Sequence record: OK272476.1
Reading direction: 5' to 3' (one strand)
DNA from: Escherichia phage JLBYU24
Length of the DNA stretch: 64,000 nucleotides
The translations under genes were made by a program, and so were the position numbers. Numbering within the stretch: position 1 is the stretch's first letter; each line of letters begins with the position of its first letter. Below the pieces are notes generated by a model, which was not told the DNA's origin, did no database searches, and saw only the letters and a program-made list of their open reading frames with translations. Shown piece by piece: positions 50,691 to 59,103 of this stretch.

Positions 50691-51005
50691 CTAAAAGAAA
50701 CTTCTTTCACAATTTTTTCCACTGAACCACGCGCTCACTGCTTTCTTAGTCTCAGGAGCAGTGTTATCCATAAACCATTCAAAGGCAGCCTTTTTATGAT
50801 TCTGGAGGGCTTCTCGGGCTTTAATCTGCTCACGGTCTATTAACACTAACATATGAGCCTTTCTTGTCACCAAGGGCTTCTTATGATTCTTGGAGTATTC
50901 CCAATCATTTGTCCATCGCATCGTTGTTGCGAACTGAAATACTGCTTCTTTAATTTTAGTTTCGTAAATTTCACGAGCCTTTGAGTATAACATCACTACC
51001 TCCAT
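50691..51005 (-). CDS. hypothetical protein
   Basis: 104-aa ORF. Confidence 0.4.
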   Translation of the reverse strand: MEVVMLYSKAREIYETKIKEAVFQFATTMRWTNDWEYSKNHKKPLVTRKAHMLVLIDREQIKAREALQNHKKAAFEWFMDNTAPETKKAVSAWFSGKNCERSFF

Positions 51006-51094
51006 TTACCAGTTTAATTCTAGTCATCTTTTTAATGGCAGTCCATATAATCTATTTCTGAACTGCCTTTTTGTCATAGAAGGCCTCTTATGAA

Positions 51095-52063
51095 TTATTT
51101 CAGAAGAGTAACCTCAGCAATTTCTTCCCAACCATTTTTGTCGGTCATAATAAAGTCAGCAAGATAAAGAGCAGTACGCAGTGAAACATTGCGTAAACGA
51201 TTAACATTGACTTTCATCCATGATAATGCTTTATAAGTTTCTTCATCAGAAAGACCACGCTTTTGCATCATGTCGGTTGAAAGAATAACATCTTCAACCC
51301 TGACCATAATTTCTTCATTAGTGTGAACACCCAAATCTAAATAAACCGAGCGGGAAACTAATGCTTGCAAATGTGGAGCAAGTTTAGTACCACGGTCTAA
51401 TTCGCGGTCAATGTCAACGTTTGTGATAAAAACAATCGTTCCTTTAAATTCAAACTCACGCTCAATGCCTTTTTCTTCTAAGTAAGAAGATGCAGTGCTC
51501 CAGCAGACTTTACGGGTCTCTCCAGTGTCCAGAGCAGCTTTCAAAAGATTAAGAATGTCCATATCAGAGAAAACATCCACATCATCAATCAAAAGGACAG
51601 AATTCTCTTCACGATTATTCCAGAGCTGTTCATAAAGACCGATACCAGAGATTTTACCGTTAATGCTTTTATATTCAATGTATCCAATATCATTTGCTTT
51701 ATTTAAAGCTTTATCTAAAGAATACGTTTTACCAATGCCTGCCGCACCAGAGATAATTAATGAACGAATGTTTCCGTTAATAATACCATTCGTCATCATT
51801 CCCATAACATTAAATCTTTTATTAATGCGGGTTTTCATATCTTCATATGATTCTTTAACTTCTTCAACTTTTACACCATCATATGAAATGTCTGATTTGT
51901 AAACCCAAACACCGCGACGCTTACCGTCAATTTCAACAAAAACTTTACCATCTCCTTGTGCATCTACCGGAGCATTATCTGGGAACCATTCGCCTAAGAG
52001 CTCAAAAGTTCCAGAGATTTCTTTACCGAAGTAGATACCCTTATTGATAGTTACAGTTTTCAT
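51095..52063 (-). CDS. P-loop NTPase with N-terminal extra domain
   Basis: 322 aa; Walker A GAAGIGKT; Walker B LLIDDVD; AAGGAGA RBS. Confidence 0.6.
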   Translation of the reverse strand: MKTVTINKGIYFGKEISGTFELLGEWFPDNAPVDAQGDGKVFVEIDGKRRGVWVYKSDISYDGVKVEEVKESYEDMKTRINKRFNVMGMMTNGIINGNIRSLIISGAAGIGKTYSLDKALNKANDIGYIEYKSINGKISGIGLYEQLWNNREENSVLLIDDVDVFSDMDILNLLKAALDTGETRKVCWSTASSYLEEKGIEREFEFKGTIVFITNVDIDRELDRGTKLAPHLQALVSRSVYLDLGVHTNEEIMVRVEDVILSTDMMQKRGLSDEETYKALSWMKVNVNRLRNVSLRTALYLADFIMTDKNGWEEIAEVTLLK

Positions 52064-52120
52064 TTTATTCTCCTTTGATTTGATAGGACTACTATAACAT
52101 AGTCCTATCAGTTTGTATAC

Positions 52121-52321
52121 TTATTTTGACATTTCTTCGATGGCACGACGATACCCGTCACGAACTTCACGAAGAGCTTCAAGGCCACACATAGGCTCGA
52201 TACCAGTAATGTGAACTTGATTAATCTGATACTCTACATCTTCTAACTGAGCGAAAACATAACGACGTTCAGCTGCACACCCAGATTTAGCTTTACCGAA
52301 ACGTTTATTCAAAGTAGTCAT
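52121..52321 (-). CDS. hypothetical protein
   Basis: 66-aa ORF downstream of promoter 52360-52389. Confidence 0.4.
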   Translation of the reverse strand: MTTLNKRFGKAKSGCAAERRYVFAQLEDVEYQINQVHITGIEPMCGLEALREVRDGYRRAIEEMSK

Positions 52322-52359
52322 TTTGTATCTCCAATTTACTCATTTGTTTTGATAGTTGT

Positions 52360-52389
52360 ATAGTACCATAAAGCTTTATGCTTGTAAAC
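52360..52389 (-). promoter_or_regulatory. T4-type early promoter in conserved cassette
   Basis: gatagttgtatagtacca and cttgtaaacagttttgtgaaaa shared with 25706-25770. Confidence 0.5.
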
Positions 52390-52419
52390 AGTTTTGTGAA
52401 AAATTTTTGAAATAAAAAA

Positions 52420-52437
52420 GGGAGCCCGAAGGCTCCC
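52420..52437 (-). terminator. UUCG-loop hairpin 3' of nucleotidyltransferase gene
   Basis: gggagcc-cgaa-ggctccc, 7-bp GC-rich stem. Confidence 0.6.
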
Positions 52438-52439
52438 TA

Positions 52440-53453
52440 TCATTTATAATAACTTCGGTGGTTTTCAAGATAGACCTTCTCAAGGAAGTCATCCCAGAAA
52501 CTCATGTCTACTGTTTTAGGCATACCGTTCTTAGAAGCTTCAGTAGATGCTGCTTCTACTTGATCGACCACATCTTCCAAAAACTCTTGAACTGTTTTAA
52601 ATGGATGTTTACCCAACTTCACGTCGAGAATAAATGGAGCATCTTGAAGTGGATAGACTAAGTCACCAGTTTTGTAAATTTCCAATAGTTGGAGTCCACC
52701 ACGACAAGCATGACTTAGTGCTTTCCAATCAATGCCTTCATTGGCTTCGGCCTTACGAGCACGTTCACCGTATTCAGCATCTAATTTGTTCAGTGACTGC
52801 TTAAGCTCAATAAGAGAAAGCGTTGTCTGATATTTACGACCCAACACGGTGTAGAACGTTTGTGGGCCTGTTTTCTCATGATTATGGAACACCCATTCAC
52901 AGAATTCGTTTTCTGGAAGACGATGCTTAATATCTTCAACTTTAGTGCGACGCTGCTTAATAGAACCATCTTCTTGGTAATCAATCCACTGCTCAGGGAT
53001 TTGATTAACTACTTTCAATACATCACGTAATGCAGCCAAACGAGAACCTTTAACACCGTATTTAGAAGCTTGCTTGCGGACATATCCTAAATATGATTTC
53101 ATGTTAGTCGTATAAAAACGAGAACGGTTGTCTTGAATAAACTTCCACACATCAGGCAAATCAGATTTAACTACTAGTTCAGGTGGAGTGTGGAGCATAT
53201 CCAATGCTACAGTTTCACCATCTGCTGCTAATTTAAAGAAATATTTAAGACTGTATAGTTCATGGTCAATATCATCTTTAGTGTTTTTAGATGATGTGTT
53301 GTTAGTGTTTTTGCTCATATGCTCTTTAACGTTTCCGATAAGAATATCACGAGCAGGAGGAACAAAGATTTCTTTAAAATCTACATCAGATTCTGGGGTA
53401 GAAGTTCCATAAAGATGACTACCAAAATAGCTTTTCATTACTGTTTTCATCAT
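52440..53453 (-). CDS. Pol-beta-superfamily nucleotidyltransferase-like protein
   Basis: 337 aa; N-terminal YFGSHLYGTSTPESDVDF fits hG[GS]-x10-DhD; ATGA overlap with upstream gene. Confidence 0.55.
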   Translation of the reverse strand: MMKTVMKSYFGSHLYGTSTPESDVDFKEIFVPPARDILIGNVKEHMSKNTNNTSSKNTKDDIDHELYSLKYFFKLAADGETVALDMLHTPPELVVKSDLPDVWKFIQDNRSRFYTTNMKSYLGYVRKQASKYGVKGSRLAALRDVLKVVNQIPEQWIDYQEDGSIKQRRTKVEDIKHRLPENEFCEWVFHNHEKTGPQTFYTVLGRKYQTTLSLIELKQSLNKLDAEYGERARKAEANEGIDWKALSHACRGGLQLLEIYKTGDLVYPLQDAPFILDVKLGKHPFKTVQEFLEDVVDQVEAASTEASKNGMPKTVDMSFWDDFLEKVYLENHRSYYK

Positions 53454-53923
53454 TCAGCCTTATATTCAATAACAGGACATACTTTAGCTTTACGAGCTTT
53501 TAAAAATTCAACGATAATCGATTTCTTGGGTTGAATAGGCTCAAGTCCATTTTTGATTCGTTCTTCGTTTTGTATAATGAGTTCAATTTCTTTATTGAGC
53601 TTTCGGTCGTTATATTTGTCTAACAACCAGGAAGGACCAATTACCGCCGCGACTGCAATAAGAACCATTATTGATATTGTTAAAATACCTATACCAATTG
53701 AAGCCGGAACTAATGTCCATAGACTACTAAAGACAAAGAATTTAATTAAAATTTCTTGGCCAATGATTGCGGCACCTGCTAAAGTTGCAAATCCAACAAT
53801 TGAAACAGCTAATACCGGGAGAAACGTTTTCCAAAAATAAGCACATAACGTTTTTGGACGATTCCATGTGCTGTTAAATGCCGAGTAAATTTTAAAGTGC
53901 CAAGAGTTTTCATTAATAATCAT
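53450..53923 (-). CDS. integral membrane protein (about 3 TM helices)
   Basis: 157 aa; three hydrophobic segments; charged C-terminus. Confidence 0.5.
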   Translation of the reverse strand: MIINENSWHFKIYSAFNSTWNRPKTLCAYFWKTFLPVLAVSIVGFATLAGAAIIGQEILIKFFVFSSLWTLVPASIGIGILTISIMVLIAVAAVIGPSWLLDKYNDRKLNKEIELIIQNEERIKNGLEPIQPKKSIIVEFLKARKAKVCPVIEYKAE

Positions 53924-53925
53924 AA

Positions 53926-54447
53926 TTATCCTTTCATTGAAGGCGTAACGGTTGTTAAATACTTAATCATCGCTTCAGCTTCTGATTTTGATAATGAAAT
54001 TTCTTCATTGTTTTGACGAATAGAAATAAAATCCGGATGACGGTCACCACCAGCTTTTAAAACACATATATAAGTATCAGTTTCATCTTCAATATTTGAA
54101 ATGATTGAAGCAGTTCCACATGAATGCGGTTTTTGATAAATCAATACAGCTTTTCTTCCGCCATTTGACTGTTCATAAACTTTTAATACATCAAACAAAT
54201 CACTTCTTTTATCAATAGCTAAAATGTTATTTTCATCTTCAATGTTAAATCCTTCGGATACTTCATAAAGTGTTACCCATAAATCACCGATGTCAATAAC
54301 AGCATTTACTTTTCCACGGCTTTCAAGAGTATGACAAATTTTCTTGATTTCGTCATAACTCATTTTAATAATATCATCTCCTTGACTAAGAAAGATGTCA
54401 TTTTTAAATTCAACACGAATTAAACCGCTTTCACTTGAAATAAACAT
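53926..54447 (-). CDS. hypothetical protein, paralog of 54454-54999
   Basis: 173 aa; shared GFNIE and C-terminal EAxAxxxYLxxVxPxM motifs. Confidence 0.5.
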   Translation of the reverse strand: MFISSESGLIRVEFKNDIFLSQGDDIIKMSYDEIKKICHTLESRGKVNAVIDIGDLWVTLYEVSEGFNIEDENNILAIDKRSDLFDVLKVYEQSNGGRKAVLIYQKPHSCGTASIISNIEDETDTYICVLKAGGDRHPDFISIRQNNEEISLSKSEAEAMIKYLTTVTPSMKG

Positions 54448-54453
54448 ATTTCC

Positions 54454-54999
54454 TCACTTTGAAATCATAGTTGGAATAACAGAATCAAGATAAGTCTTTA
54501 GTGCAATAGCTTCGTCTTTGGTAAATGTGACAATATGCGATCGAAAATCATCAATTTGACGAATAGTTAAGACATCTCCATCTTCATAACATTTTGATAC
54601 GTTTAAAACAGTTTCATCATTCTGATTGCAAGCGTTAGTAATAATAGCATTGCAATTTTTAAACCATTTTAAACTATGTTTTCTTTCATTAGAATAATAA
54701 AAATATTTAATCTTAGTTATAAAATTATCCCAATTATTAATTGATAAGCATATTGACTCGCTTTCAATATTAAATCCTGGGCATAAAGAATAGAAATGAA
54801 TTTTATGCTCATCATTAATGCTTACAATTTTATCAGTATAAGAATTTTCAATTTGGGTTAAACGAACAATTTCGTTAGGCGTAAAATATAGCATATCGTC
54901 TTCTTGTGTCAAACGATACATATTATTTACTTTTTCTATAGCCAATTCACCAAAAAGTGAACTAACTTCTAATACTAATCGTTTCGCCTCACTCATCAT
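54454..54999 (-). CDS. hypothetical protein, paralog of 53926-54447
   Basis: 181 aa; AGGAGT RBS; first gene after promoter 55132-55161. Confidence 0.5.
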   Translation of the reverse strand: MMSEAKRLVLEVSSLFGELAIEKVNNMYRLTQEDDMLYFTPNEIVRLTQIENSYTDKIVSINDEHKIHFYSLCPGFNIESESICLSINNWDNFITKIKYFYYSNERKHSLKWFKNCNAIITNACNQNDETVLNVSKCYEDGDVLTIRQIDDFRSHIVTFTKDEAIALKTYLDSVIPTMISK

Positions 55000-55131
55000 T
55001 GTATACTCCTCTGAATCATATCAATAATGTTGTTCACCAGATTATAAGTAAACATTGGGTAATTATATTGAATCATCACATACACAACAAACAAAATTTT
55101 CATTCTCTTCTCCTTGACAGTTGACAAGATT

Positions 55132-55161
55132 ACTATACCATAACCTTGCCAACTTGTAAAC
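55132..55161 (-). promoter_or_regulatory. T4-type early promoter
   Basis: minus strand GTTTAC-N18-TATAGT. Confidence 0.5.
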
Positions 55162-55326
55162 CATTAAATGACGTTTTCAATAAAATTCTGAAGCTTTGTG
55201 TGAGCATCAACCATGATTTTCATTTCTTCCTTTGCGAAAGCCGTACCTCTTTCCCGAGCAGAATACTCATAGTCAGAAACTGCATTAGCATATTCTTCAA
55301 TTAGCTTCATTAAAAACATCTGCTTT

Positions 55327-55521
55327 TCAGTTTTCATTATTCCACCTAATCATTTCAAGATATTGAACTAATTTAGCTTTAGATTTGTCCAAATCCTTTT
55401 TAGCTGCTTCTATACCATCATATGAATATCCTTCACAATGTTCAACTGCCAATTGGTATGAATCTATTTCAATATCACGTGCTAATTTAATGATTTTTTC
55501 AAACTGTTCACGTGTTAGCAT
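55327..55521 (-). CDS. hypothetical protein
   Basis: 64-aa ORF. Confidence 0.4.
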   Translation of the reverse strand: MLTREQFEKIIKLARDIEIDSYQLAVEHCEGYSYDGIEAAKKDLDKSKAKLVQYLEMIRWNNEN

Positions 55522-55523
55522 AC

Positions 55524-55763
55524 TTAAACTCTCGTATTATGATCGATAATTTCATCAAGAAACATATCTAACGCTTCTAAAGCATTATCAACTTTAGCTT
55601 CAAGTTCATCAATACCTTTATTTGCAATGCCTGACGAAAACCAAGCAAAGTCACTAAGTTCCTCGTCTGCTTTACGAATTAAAGCTACTAATTCCTTAAT
55701 TTTATCTGCTTGTTCGATACTAATCATTATTCCACCACATATGAAAGAGAGAATATTGCACAC
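55524..55763 (-). CDS. hypothetical protein
   Basis: 79-aa ORF. Confidence 0.4.
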
Positions 55764-55915
55764 GCCATGTGAGTTGCAACTTCATCACACATATTATAAC
55801 GTTTCTTAAGAAGTTCTACAAGTTCTTCACTAGTAACTTCATCCATGTCGACGAAAAAATCACCATTAATGATGACGTAGATATTTCCTTCTTGATTGAG
55901 TGCTTCAATTTTCAT
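55727..55915 (-). CDS. hypothetical protein
   Basis: ~62 aa from MKIEALNQ with AAGAGGAGA RBS; track ORF extends into promoter. Confidence 0.4.
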
Positions 55916-55943
55916 GATGTTCTCCTCTTTATCCGATGGTTGT

Positions 55944-55973
55944 ATAGTATCACAGCTCAAATGGAAAGTAAAC
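55944..55973 (-). promoter_or_regulatory. T4-type early promoter
   Basis: minus strand GTTTAC-N18-TACTAT. Confidence 0.45.
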
Positions 55974-55989
55974 CGGTAAAATGAAAAAA

Positions 55990-56005
55990 GTCTCCCGAAG
56001 GAGAC
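55990..56005 (-). terminator. UUCG-loop hairpin
   Basis: gtctcc-cgaa-ggagac 3' of ORF 56011-56397. Confidence 0.5.
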
Positions 56006-56010
56006 TAACG

Positions 56011-56397
56011 TTATTCGAGGGAAAGAAGATATTTACTCTGGTAAAACATTCCAGTAATATCATCTATCGTGCTTTGAATGGCTGGAGGCATTTCTTTATA
56101 AATGCTGTTAGATTGGTCTAGTATGCGATCAATCATTTTAATTGTGTCGGTAGGAAGTTTACTGGCATCTGGAATTGAAGGCGTGTATTTTCTACCAGAA
56201 TACCCCAAATATTGCTCACCAAATTTATCAATCAAATCTGGCAACTCGGAGAAAATAAAATCGTATGCTTTGTGTCTAGCATAACTTTTAGTTTCAAAAT
56301 GTGCAGAATGAAAATAAGCTTGTGCAGCCATTAATAAACCTAAGTATTCATCTGCCTTTGAAGGTTTTCCACTTTGTGAAAAGTCGCTGAATTTCAT
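56011..56397 (-). CDS. hypothetical protein (rI.-1 position)
   Basis: 128-aa ORF overlapping rI stop. Confidence 0.45.
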
Positions 56398-56687
56398 TCA
56401 GTCTCCAATTTAATGTTCATAATTCTAGCGTATGATTGTGCCATCTCCGCGCCTCGCTCTATACATTCAAAATCAGAAGAGCACGGGTCATTTTTATAGG
56501 TCGTTCTCATAAAACTATAGAATTGTTCAGACGATTCTACGCTTTTATTTTCAAAAAGCATATAAACGTGCCTAATACCAGATTCCATAAATTTATCAAA
56601 ATGAGGATCGACATTCGCTTCAATCGATGGAGATAAAACAAATGACAATCCTAGCATGGCAAAAAGTGCCGTTGCTTTTAAGGCCAT
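56394..56687 (-). CDS. rI: lysis inhibition regulator rI
   Basis: 97 aa; N-terminal signal-anchor; size and position next to tk. Confidence 0.75.
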   Translation of the reverse strand: MALKATALFAMLGLSFVLSPSIEANVDPHFDKFMESGIRHVYMLFENKSVESSEQFYSFMRTTYKNDPCSSDFECIERGAEMAQSYARIMNIKLETE

Positions 56688-56699
56688 AAAGGCCTCCTA

Positions 56700-56912
56700 T
56701 CATTTTTGTCCTGTATTTACTTTATGCCGATGCACGGCCTTAACTTTATCAAGGTATTTTTCAAAATTTCGCAATCTAGTATAGTCTGCCGGAGATTGGT
56801 TGAGTGATACTTCTCGACGCAAAGCTGAAATGATATTTCCAACTTCCCTACGAATTTCATCTAATTGAAGAACAGTAAGATTGCGAAGTTGCTTTTCAGT
56901 TAATTGTAGCAT
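56700..56912 (-). CDS. hypothetical protein
   Basis: 70-aa ORF. Confidence 0.4.
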
Positions 56913-56955
56913 ATAATACCCCTTTAGTTAGATAAACCTATTTATAACTTTTGCA

Positions 56956-57537
56956 CTAACCGAGCTTTTTAGTTAATTCATTCCAATGTTTTCTGCACAA
57001 AGAAACATAAATTTCATCACCAATACAGATTTGATTACCTTCTTTAACTGGTGTTCCATCTTCCATTAATCGAGCTGTCATAATCGCTTTTTTGCCGCAA
57101 TGACAAACTGCCTTTAGTTCAATAAGTTTATCTGCAATCGCTAAAAGTTCTTTAGAACCTTCAAACAATTTTCCAGCGAAATCAGTCCTTAATCCATAAG
57201 CCATAACAGGAACATTATATGTATCAACAATTCGGCTTAATTGGTGCACCTGTTCAGTTTTTAAAAACTGAGCTTCATCTACAAATACGCAATGAATATC
57301 TTTTTGTGCTTCAGCCCATTTATAGAACTCGAAAATATCCATATCATCTGTAATAATATTCGCTTCCTGTTTAATTCCAATGCGAGAAACAACTTCACAG
57401 ACAGAATCGCGAGTATCAATAGCAGGCTTAAGAACTAATACACTCATTCCACGTTCTTTATAATTATGTGCAGCAGTCAAAAGAGAAGCAGATTTTCCAG
57501 CATTCATTGCTGCATAAGTAAAAATTAAACTCGCCAT
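56956..57537 (-). CDS. tk: thymidine kinase
   Basis: 193 aa; P-loop AAMNAGKS; C-terminal Cys pairs; size match. Confidence 0.92.
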   Translation of the reverse strand: MASLIFTYAAMNAGKSASLLTAAHNYKERGMSVLVLKPAIDTRDSVCEVVSRIGIKQEANIITDDMDIFEFYKWAEAQKDIHCVFVDEAQFLKTEQVHQLSRIVDTYNVPVMAYGLRTDFAGKLFEGSKELLAIADKLIELKAVCHCGKKAIMTARLMEDGTPVKEGNQICIGDEIYVSLCRKHWNELTKKLG

Positions 57538-57546
57538 ATCACCTTC

Positions 57547-57732
57547 TTAAAGCGTATTCACATAAGCTATTAATTCATTTTCTTTCTTATCAAACCGGTC
57601 AGCAAATTCTTCTTGTTGTTCGGGAGATAGCGGGCCGTATTCATCATAAAAGGTGTTTGCTTCTGTATGCTCATCTAGAAGTTCATGGATAAGCTCAAAC
57701 AATTTATCTTTTTGTTCTTTACTTAGACTCAT
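57547..57732 (-). CDS. hypothetical protein
   Basis: 61-aa acidic ORF. Confidence 0.4.
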   Translation of the reverse strand: MSLSKEQKDKLFELIHELLDEHTEANTFYDEYGPLSPEQQEEFADRFDKKENELIAYVNTL

Positions 57733-57898
57733 ATATTAATTTCCAGGAGTTTTAAAATAATTCGCTTTTGCTTAAATATTTCCATAGTTAAATGACCAGT
57801 ATCTTTTTGACCGATTCCAATGGCAAAACCTTTATTAACAGCGAGTTCAATTAAATTATCAAGCTCACGTAACACTTCGTATTGTAACTCAAAACTAT

Positions 57899-58126
57899 TC
57901 ATTTTGGTTTACCTTCTTTAACGAAATCAGGATAAGGATAAAATCCTGAATAAAATCCTTCACCTTTATGATTGATGCATCCTTTATTAGAACAATAGCA
58001 CCAATAATCGAAATCACAAGCCATTTCATCGTTGCATAAAGCAAAAACAACAGGCCACTTACACTTTTCACAGTGGGCATTTTTAAGAATACTAGTTTGG
58101 CTCATAACCATGTAACCTTTAAGCAA
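57899..58126 (-). CDS. Cys-rich small protein (putative metal-binding)
   Basis: 75 aa with about 9 Cys including CEKCKW. Confidence 0.4.
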   Translation of the reverse strand: MLKGYMVMSQTSILKNAHCEKCKWPVVFALCNDEMACDFDYWCYCSNKGCINHKGEGFYSGFYPYPDFVKEGKPK

Positions 58127-58314
58127 TATTCTTCTACATGTTGTTTACGACCTTTCTTATCAATAAAGGTATATTCAACGAATGTTCCAATGTAGTCTTT
58201 ATCTACATCATGTGGACTATTAATTGGACATTTAGTACGGCAAATGCGTTCCCATTGACGAATAATTACTGCTTTGTTTTTAGGATCAAACGGATGCGGG
58301 TAATGTACTTTCAT
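58102..58314 (-). CDS. hypothetical protein
   Basis: 70-aa ORF. Confidence 0.4.
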   Translation of the reverse strand: MKVHYPHPFDPKNKAVIIRQWERICRTKCPINSPHDVDKDYIGTFVEYTFIDKKGRKQHVEEYCLKVTWL

Positions 58315-58765
58315 AATCCACCACTATTAAATCAATATCAGGAGTAAACATGTCGATTAATTTAGAAACCTTATCCCAATCGCCGCCAGCAATACCACAA
58401 CCTATGCGTGGAATGTAAATTACCGGTTTAAACAAAAGGGTTTCTGCCTGTAGATTTAATTCTATCATGCAGTTTACTAAAGCACCATAATCAAGATTAG
58501 GACCTGGTTCGTATTGCGTATACAAGTTATAACATATGCCAAAACCATTAGGTTTATGTTTAAAAACAATAGACATATCGCCTAATTTATCACGAGAACC
58601 GTACTCAGTAGTGGTTTTATCTATTTCTAAAATTTTGGGATAGGCTCTTGCTAATTGACCAGCTACACCACTGCCCATTGTATGAAAACAGTTACACCCA
58701 TGCGCAATAATATTACCTTCAAGAAAGAGGGCGACAATATCGCCCTTGATATATTTTACAATCAT
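58286..58765 (-). CDS. macro-domain protein (ADP-ribose binding/processing fold)
   Basis: 159 aa; KGDIV...HGCNCFHTMGSGVAGQLA and IPRIGCGIAGGDW macro motifs. Confidence 0.6.
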   Translation of the reverse strand: MIVKYIKGDIVALFLEGNIIAHGCNCFHTMGSGVAGQLARAYPKILEIDKTTTEYGSRDKLGDMSIVFKHKPNGFGICYNLYTQYEPGPNLDYGALVNCMIELNLQAETLLFKPVIYIPRIGCGIAGGDWDKVSKLIDMFTPDIDLIVVDYESTLPASV

Positions 58766-59103
58766 CTAGTACTCAATCCTCGATTATAAGAATCTACCAA
58801 ACGGTCAACCATTGAATGACAAGCGGCTTTATCTTTTTCCTCCGCAACTGAACATTCTAAGGTATTCCACTTTTTAGCATATCGTTTTAACAATGTATCG
58901 TTTTTGTATCTGCTTGATTTATCTCTTTCTCCGTCTTTATATGCATATATTAATTTCTGCGCAAATTCAGCTTGGCATGCTTTATTTTTCCCGCAATAAT
59001 CCGCTGCAGTACGGTTTACATACTCTCTAATTTCAGTATATGATGTATCTGCTAACGCAGAAAATGAAATTAATCCTATACATAAAACCAAAATTTTAGT
59101 CAT
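58762..59103 (-). CDS. secreted protein
   Basis: 113 aa; N-terminal signal peptide; 4 Cys in mature part. Confidence 0.45.
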   Translation of the reverse strand: MTKILVLCIGLISFSALADTSYTEIREYVNRTAADYCGKNKACQAEFAQKLIYAYKDGERDKSSRYKNDTLLKRYAKKWNTLECSVAEEKDKAACHSMVDRLVDSYNRGLSTR

